Below the pieces are notes generated by a model, which searched no databases, was not told the DNA's origin, and was given only the letters and a program-made list of their open reading frames with translations. Both the position numbers and the translations under genes were made by a program. Source: Selaginella moellendorffii (lineage: Eukaryota > Plantae > Lycopodiophyta). From it: a stretch of DNA of 64,000 bases. Location of the stretch: assembly GCF_000143415.4 (NCBI RefSeq), contig NW_003314308.1, positions 1,399,350 to 1,463,349 on the forward strand, read 5' to 3'. This document shows, in pieces, positions 52,211 through 60,900 of this stretch (position 1 is its first letter; every line of letters starts with the position of its first letter).

Positions 52211-53137
52211 ATGAATGGCCTGCGTTACCGTGAAGTCTGCCGATGGTAGGGTTCTGGGCGAGGAAAGATTCAATCCGCAAGAGCCAAGGAAGGTGGTGCT
52301 CCAGGTCTATGGGTCTGGATGTCTTACGGGCATGCATTTCTGGACGAGAGTGTGGAGGCCGGCAAATACATCTACGAACTAGGTGAATGTGAAAGCATCG
52401 ATTTTGCGTGGCTATGGCGTTGCACTGACTATTTGTTTCTGTGACAGTGCCTCCTCTAACAACACTTCATGCTGTAGCATGTAGGCCCTTTTTTGAACGA
52501 ATTTCTGGTAGGTGCTATGATCTTATCTTATCCTTCGAGTGTTTGCGTGGCCTGTGTGTATAGCTCGTCGGTGTGTTTATGATGCGGCTGGTTTTTGTTG
52601 ATAAGTGTACGAAGGGAATTTCGTTGGTTAATGTTTTTACTCTAAATTGTTCTCAATGTTGTGACTGCTGATACGTCAGTTGGGTTCACAAAGTGTACTT
52701 GTTTTAGTATTTTATTGGGGGCCATGGTTTTTCACATGATAAGTGTGCACCTGTTTCTGCAGTTGCTACCGCTGCTGCTCCTGTTGTCCCTGCTGGCAAG
52801 TATCTTGTCTTGCTCCTAAGGACGTTCGTCATTTAGTTGCCTGGGTGGGTTAATTTCTAAGCGTTGTTGCTGTGGGAATGCAGATGCTATTCGACAATTG
52901 ACTGAGTTTTGGAGAAAGTGTCAGACAAGTAGGCCGGAGCCTGGTGGACATGTGGTGAGTTTTGAACAAGATGAGCATTGGAGCGCCATGCTGGAATGGT
53001 ATCTATGTGCGTAAGTGCTTTAAGGCCTTCCGGGAAAGAGCGCTGGCTGCATGGGAGGGCTCACATGTTCACGTAACTGGGCCACCATGGATAGGCAAGT
53101 CGATGTTCCTGTGGTACATGATCATGGAGGCTGCTGC
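52211..53137 (+). pseudogene. 5' part of a Crinkler/RHS-type P-loop NTPase gene interrupted by the retrotransposon
   Basis: LTEFWRK, a frameshift near 52990, then GIYVRKCF...VHVTGPPWIGKSMFLWYMI. The LTR begins at 53138. Confidence 0.6.
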
Positions 53138-53510
53138 TGGAAACCTCCCCTAACACATGCACGCCCAGGAGCAGCTACACTCACGACTGAAAGCCAGGTT
53201 CAAACGGCTACTAGTTTATTTTCTCTATTCTAGGCATATACTGGCGGTTAGAACCGCCAACAGGAGAGTGGTTTTGAGAGACCCCAGCGCAGCTAGGGTT
53301 CCCCATCTCCTTTCCCATTCCATTGTACTTCAAGACTCCTGAATCGCATCCCCTATTTGCATTATCTTTGACTTGAGTCTCTCTCCCCGCCGATCCACCA
53401 CTTCTTTCACCCCTCCTCAGCTGGCGACCTCTGGAGATCAGGCGCCAGTTCTCAGATCGAGTTCTAGCAGTAGCAGCATTCTCATCCATCTCACATTTTC
53501 CCATTGAACA
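53138..53510 (+). repeat. 5' LTR (373 bp, TG...CA)
   Basis: TGGAAACCTC...TTGAACA, repeated from 63670 and followed by TT and the PBS. Confidence 0.93.
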
Positions 53511-53512
53511 TT

Positions 53513-53529
53513 TGGCGACCACGGTGGGA
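53513..53529 (+). other. Primer binding site, probably tRNA-Arg
   Basis: TGGCGACCACGGTGGGA is complementary to a tRNA 3' end TCCCACCGTGGTCGCCA, which resembles plant tRNA-Arg(UCG) as recalled. Confidence 0.8.
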
Positions 53530-53646
53530 TGGATCGCTGAGAGAGATCAAGGAACGAGAACCCGGTAACTATTTGCATTTTTCGAAATTTTCTTGTTTGC
53601 AGAGATTCAAGAACTTCAAGAACCACTCTTTCTCTCCACATCGAGT

Positions 53647-54681
53647 ATGCCACCACCAACATGGGTACCCGGAACACGCCTTGCTGCAGCGACCACTAGA
53701 GGAAGAAAACTACACCAGCAAATTTTCGAAGAAATTAAAGATCTTTCAACGAGACCTCCTAGCGCTCTATCCGAACGAGGAGAAGAAGACCTTTGCGATC
53801 AACCCCAACATCAGCACCGAACTCTTCACCGGCCAGCACCGAGGAACCGACAGCAAGCCCGAGCATCTCCTCCGAGATCTTCTCCGACCAGCAATCTGAG
53901 AGCCCAACTCCGAATTCGAGCAGAAGAACACCGGCTGCAAGCCAGAGAACTCGCCGGCAGAGCCTCCGAACTCTTCTCCGACAACAACTCTGCTTTACCG
54001 ACCAGACAACAGAACAGCAAGAATTCCGGCAACAGATCTTCCCGACCAACGCTTCTTCCACACATCAGCCGCACGTTTTCCTACGACGAGCCTCCGACAC
54101 TCTATCCCGGCATCGCCCAAGTCACCGAAGGAAAGCTCCCGAATGCACCAACAATCTTCCGACAGACTCTCCGACTGAGCGCCCAAACCAGCACCGAAGA
54201 CATCATCCGACGACGACACGACGCTAATCTCCACGCTGCCAAGACTCTGTTCGACCACGCCATCGAGTACGCTGGCCTAGAGACCATTGACGACGAAATT
54301 GGGTCTGATCACCCCAACCAGTCCGACTATCCGAAACTCTTCGTCGAGCTTCATCTCGGCACCGGCACCTGGAAGACCAGCCTGCACTCAGCACCTCGTC
54401 ACGACAAATCGATTGGAAACTCCACCAACAAGCCCAAGCCGAAGAAAGAAACGAAGAAGAAACTCCTGGAGTACGACTGCTACCCACTTCTGGACGAGTT
54501 TTCCTCTGAGTGCCCGAACACCAGCCCGGACAACATCCAGACAACTTCTTCGACCGACCTGCATGACAGCTCTCCAATCACTGCTACACCGAATCAGTCA
54601 ACTCCCCGACGAGCTCCAAGAAATCATCCGGCAGAAGACTCGCGACCTTCTTCCGGCAACACACTTTGTTCAATTGACTGA
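53647..54681 (+). CDS. Extra ORF upstream of gag, unknown function
   Basis: Open frame of about 344 codons from ATG 53647 between the PBS and gag. No recognised motif. Confidence 0.45.
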   Translation: MPPPTWVPGTRLAAATTRGRKLHQQIFEEIKDLSTRPPSALSERGEEDLCDQPQHQHRTLHRPAPRNRQQARASPPRSSPTSNLRAQLRIRAEEHRLQARELAGRASELFSDNNSALPTRQQNSKNSGNRSSRPTLLPHISRTFSYDEPPTLYPGIAQVTEGKLPNAPTIFRQTLRLSAQTSTEDIIRRRHDANLHAAKTLFDHAIEYAGLETIDDEIGSDHPNQSDYPKLFVELHLGTGTWKTSLHSAPRHDKSIGNSTNKPKPKKETKKKLLEYDCYPLLDEFSSECPNTSPDNIQTTSSTDLHDSSPITATPNQSTPRRAPRNHPAEDSRPSSGNTLCSID

Positions 54682-54926
54682 TGGCATCCTCCTACTAGCA
54701 TAGTAACCCTTAGAAGATTCTACAATAGAAGACTAGCTTCGAAGCTGCAGGCCCGAAGATATTTCCGGAGCCTTGAGATTATCGTCGACACCGATTCGAC
54801 ATTCAGCCAGATACCCGACAACATCACCGACAACCAAGTTAAGAGTTTGATGAAGACCTTCATCCCCGAGATACCAACATCCAAGATAATTTTAGTGTAC
54901 AAGAACCCACGGCCGTAGAGAGCCGC

Positions 54927-57900
54927 ATGAACAAACCGAGGAAAGCAGCCAGCAAACAACAAGAAGACACCGAAAGACTTCAACGATACCTCCAGCGAGA
55001 GTTGAAGAGACTAGAGAAAGAGAGAAAAGAAAAAGCCACCCAGTGGTCCCACTTTGTACAAGTTTCTGAAAGAGAAAGGTACATTACTGATGAATTGTTT
55101 CCCAAAATTGCAGCCGGCGAAGATGCCGGAAGGGTTTTAGAAGGCTACCAGAATTTTAGGACACCACCTGCTTCTCCGACTGCAGCACCGGAGAACCCGC
55201 CAGAAACCCAGCCAGAAGTTCAGCACACTCCCCAGCACAGCTTCCACAATCCACTCTTCCAAGGACAGACCGACCCAAGAACTTATTTCTCCTGGACTGT
55301 ACCGACAGCTTCACCAGCAGTCCTCGGCACATTGTTTTCGACACCAGTATCAGCTTCTACCTCGACCACACCGTTCGCCTCCGCACCGGACTTCTATAAT
55401 TTCCAGCAACAACCAGACTCCCCGAAGCTCAACTCAGTCGAATACGGCCTCCGACCTATATACATTGTCGACCCAGACGATCGACCAGCACATCACCAGC
55501 AATACGAGTTCGGCCAATCCTCCGAATACACACTCAACCAACTTTTTGACCAGGCGTTCAGCAGACCCCACCAACAACCAGAACCAGACATCAATCTTCA
55601 GCAACCAGACTTACAGGTAATACTCCGACAATCCTCTCCGGAGACCTTGCTGCAGCCTGCCGAAGAACCTCTGCTACCATCAACATCAACACTGCCACCA
55701 CAAAACACTCCAACAACTGCTCCGTCAAACGTCCCGCCAAACGCTCCACCGAACACTCTGCCACACAGTCTACCAGACATTCCCCCAGACATCATCACCA
55801 TGACAATGGTACTCCCCAACACGGTCATCGGCAAGCTTGTCACCTACCCACAATTCAAAGGGAAGAAGACCGAAGATCCAGAAAAGCACGTCATTCGCTT
55901 CAAGGAGGCTGCCCGAGTCAACGGCCAGCAAGACAACCTCGCATTCCTCTTTGGCTGCACCCTCAAAGGACGCGCCGGAGAATGGCTCCAGACGACCGAC
56001 TCGAAACTCACCTTCGACGAGCTTACCAAAGCCTTCACCGACCACTTTAAGTCAGCACTCAGCCAATCAGAGAAGCTTCAGAAGATACAGAACATCAAGA
56101 TGCGTACTGGTGAAACTCTCGAAGAATACACCGAACGCTTCACCAAACACGCCAACCGCTGCAAGAGCTCTTCTACTGACATACTTTTATACCAATGGTA
56201 CATGCAGGGACTAGCTTCACACTTGAAGAAAGCTGCCACCAAAATCGACACCAGCGATTACAAGACTCTTTCCAAAGACTTGAAAGAAGTTCAAATCCGC
56301 CGACAAACTGCCCGAGTTGATGAACCGGAAGACTTCGACTCCGAGGAAGATGAGGACGACCTCCTCGACAGCCTCACCGGCAAGTCAAAGGACAAAGTCG
56401 GCATCCGAAAGATCCAGAAGCTCCTCACCAAATTCACTGCATCCAGCGACAAATCCGATGTCCGAACCGGCGTCTGGTGCACAAAATGCAAGAATGAAGG
56501 ACACTCAGCCACCGACTGCAAACTCCAGCTCGTTAAGTGTCAAATCTGCGGGAAAGACAACCATGACGCCAAGACATGCAGATTCCGTAGCCAACCTGAA
56601 GTCCGACAAATCTCCAATTTCCCCCGGAGACCTCCCCGACAGCCTGAGTATTCGACCCAATATCCGGCCGCACCTCCAAACAACTGGAGACCGCCCCGGA
56701 ACAACTACCTGCCGCGACAATGGAACGCACCACCGAGATTCAACAACAACTACAACAACCGACCCTACTACAATGACCGATACCAACAACCCGACAACCG
56801 GCCATACCAACAATACCGACAAAACCAGATGGACTACAACAACAGCCAAGCCTATCCACGCTACCAGAATCAAGGGTATCAAGGCTACAACCGATATCAA
56901 GGCTATCAAGACCAGAGATATCAAGGCAACTACAACAGCCGCCCATGGCAACCCCGAATCCCAGACCAGCCCGGCCCTCCAAGACTCGGACCACCGCCGC
57001 CTAGACAGCCAGACCAACAGCAACAGCAACCACCGGCAACCAGACTCATCGAAGCCGACGAACTCCCATTTCCCGAAGAAGACCCAGAACCACAAGTTCT
57101 GGCAGTCCAGACTCGAGCACAACTTCGAGCACAGCACCAACAACAACCGGATAAAGACTCAAACACCGAAGATGACACGAGCTCAGAGCGCTCGAAACAA
57201 ACCCCGGAGTGGAAGAAACGCCGACAGCTAGCTGCCAAAGTACAAAAGCACCTTACTCAACAGCCACCCGAACTAGTCATCCTCGACTCCGAAGACGAAG
57301 AACAGCCCGAGTCAAGCACACAGCAACCGAGAAACCAGCCGACAGCTTCACCGGCACAACTTTTGGCCAACTCGATTGGAGATACAACTGTCGCTGAATC
57401 CATCCTCACCCAGAACATCCAGATCACTGTTGGCCAACTTCTGAAGATCGCTCCATATCTCGTCAACCAACTGGTAAGTCTGACTAATCCTCTGGACACA
57501 CCTCCAATGGACGCCCCAGCACTGAATACCAGTAAGGACACTGTTGACGCCTTTCAAGCTGAGATACAACCCGGAGACTGCGACAATGAAGTTCCAACCA
57601 TCGACCTCCGAATCGGCCGACACCAAGTCCGAGGAGCCATGCTTGATGGCGGCTATGGCGTCAACATCATCGAAGAGAGTCTTGTCCGACAAATCAACCT
57701 CGGTCCAGTTGAGCCAGCACCGTTTAACGTCCGAATGGCCGACCACCGATCAGTCCGACCCCGAGGAATTATCCGGAATGTCATCACCAATATCAGAGGC
57801 ATCAGAGTTCCAGTCAACTATGTCATCCTCAAGCTTCCGAAGAACTCCGACGGCTATGCAGTCCTCCTCGGACGCCCGTGGCTCAAACACGCTCGAGCAA

Positions 57901-60900
57901 TGCACAACTGGTCGACCAACCAGATCTTTCTCCAAGGCCCGCAAGGTCCAGTAACAGTCTCGACAAACTCGTCGAAACACCTTCCGACGAACATACGACC
58001 GGTCGACCTCGAAGACTATGACCTCGAAACCGGCCTCGACGACTATGAAGAACAGCAAATACTCCAAGCCTACCCCGACCTCGAACCCCTCGCCGAAATC
58101 GACATCTTTAGAGTAGCAGCCGACTTCAGCCGAGAGCGACCCCAGCTTACCGAAGCATTGAAGAACCCGACAACCAGAGACACCACCATCGCCACTCAGC
58201 CAGCATTCATTGTCGACTCCGACCAGAAAGTCGCCTATGTCCCGACAATACCGACCAACCAACCTCTCGAGAAGATCAACCTTGCCACCGACCAGAATCA
58301 GCATCACATCATCCTCGCCAAAGACATCTCTGAGAGTTTCCGGAACAAAGGCCTGAGACTCCTCCAGAAGAAAAAGCACTTGTTTGCTTGGAGCTACAAA
58401 GACCTGAAAGGAGTCTCACCGGACTTATGTCTCCACACCATCACCCTCCTCCCGGATGCCCGGCCGAAGCGACAGGCACCTTACCGGATGAACCCAAACC
58501 TCATGGAGCAAGTCAAGAAGGAGCTCGACAAACTCCTCGAAGTCGAATACATCTACCCGATCCAGAATCCGATCTGGTTGTCTCCTCTGGTCGTTGTGCC
58601 GAAGAAAAACGGCAAGCTCCGAATCTGCGTCAACTACAAGCAGCTCAACGACGTCACCAACAAAGATATCTTCCCGATACCCTTCACCGACGAAGTTCTT
58701 GACGCAGTCGCCGGACACGAAATGTACTCCTTCCTCGACGGATTTTCCGGCTACAATCAGATCACCATCGCCCAAGAAGACCAGCACAAGACAGCATTCA
58801 TCAGCCCATGGGGAGCATACGCCTACCGAAGAATGCCTTTCGGCCTCTGCAATGCACCCTTTACTTTCCAACGACTCGTCACCAACACCTTCCGAGACTA
58901 CCTCACCGACTTCATGCGAGTCTTCATGGACGACTTCAGTGTCTTCAGCTCCGAAGACTGCCATCTCGAATGCCTCGAGAAATGCCTCGAGAAGTGCGAA
59001 GAAAACAACATCGCCCTCAACCCCGAGAAATGTGCCTTCTTCGTCAAGTCCGGAGTACTTCTCGGCCACATTGTCTGCAAAGATGGCATACTCATCGACA
59101 AAGACAAAGTCGAAGTCATACTTCAGCTCGACCCACCAAAGAACCAGAAGGACCTTCGAAGATTTCTCGGCAAGATCGGATACCACCGAAGATTCATCCA
59201 CAAGTACGCTGACATCGCCAAACCTCTCACCGATGGCCTCCGGCTCGACGCCCAGTGGATCTGGTCGGACACTCAGCAGACAGCATTTGACAACCTCAAG
59301 CTCAAGCTCACTACCGCACCAATACTCGCCAAACCAGATTGGACCAAAGAGTTCCATATCCATGTCGACACCTCTGACATCGGCACCGGCACAGTGCTTA
59401 GCCAAGCCCAGAGAGACAACCGAGACCAGCCGATTTACTACGCAAGCAGACTACTCACCTCGACAGAACGCAACTACACCACCACCGAGAAAGAAGCCCT
59501 CGGCATGGTATACGCCCTCCAGAAGTTTCGGCACTACATTCTTTCGAGCAAAGTCATCATCTTCGTTGACCACAAGGCCCTCCTTTACCTCATCAACAAG
59601 CCCATACTCTCCGGCCGAATTTCCAGATGGTTCCTTCTACTCCAAGAGTACAACTTTGAAATCGTCCACAAGCCCGGCCGACAGCATGAACAGGCCGACT
59701 TCCTCAGCCGCATCACCACAGGAGAATCGCCCGATCGACTCGCCGACGATTTGCCCGACTCCAACCTTTTCCGAATTTCAGTACCAGCAACATGGCTCGA
59801 CGACATCTTCGCCTACCTCAGCTCAGCAAAAGTCCCAGCTCAACATACAACACCAGACCAGAGAAAAACTTTTGTCTCGAAAACCCGCCGGTACTCCATC
59901 ATCGGCGGCAGCCTTTACAAACTCGGCATCGACAACATACTTAGACGATGCATCAAAGTTCCAGAGACCCTCCGGATTATAAACGAAGCACATTCTGGAC
60001 CGTCCGGCGGCCACTTCGCCTCCGACACAACCGTCCGGAAGATTCTCCAGTCAGGACTCTGGTGGCCGACAATGTGGCGAGACACCGAAGACTTCTGCCG
60101 GAAATGTGACACCTGCCAGAGGAATCGACTTCCGCCGAAAACTCAGAGTCAACCGCTCAACCCAACCTTCCCGGTCGCGCCTTTCCAGAGATGGGGGCTC
60201 GACTTCGTCGGACCCCAAATCACCACAGCCCGGAAGAACCAGTACATCATTGTCGCCACCGACTATGCCACCAAATGGGCCGAAGCAGCTCCCCTCAAGC
60301 AAGCAACCGCCAAGGCAACAGCCAAGTTCATCTACGAGAACATCATCACCCGCTTTGGAACACCACTCGAACTCGTCACCGACCGCGGCAGCCACTTCAT
60401 CAACGAAACCATCACACACCTTACCGAAGAGTTCCAGATCCGACACAAAACATCAACGCCCTACTACCCGCAAGGCAATGGCCAAGCCGAAGCCACCAAC
60501 AAGACGCTCAAGACAATTCTCAAGAAAGTCATCAGCGATTCTGGCAAAGATTGGGACGAGAAACTCGGAGACGTTCTCTGGGCCTACCGGACAGCATACA
60601 AGATCACCACCGACATGACACCGTTCAAGCTCGCCTTTGGAATAGAAGCCATAACACCAATCGAGTTCATCATTCCTAGCATGCGTGTCGCGGTGAAGTA
60701 CGACCTGGATCCCCGGCACATCTTCCGGCAACGACTGCTCGAACTCGAGAAACTCGACGAGCTCCGACTCAACGCCTTGTGGACCCTCCACACCATCCAG
60801 AAGCAAAGAAAAGCCCGGCACGACCGAAGACTCGCTCGAAACAAGACTCCGAAGTACTCTCCCGGCGATCATGTACTCTGGTATCGAGGACCAATCACTC

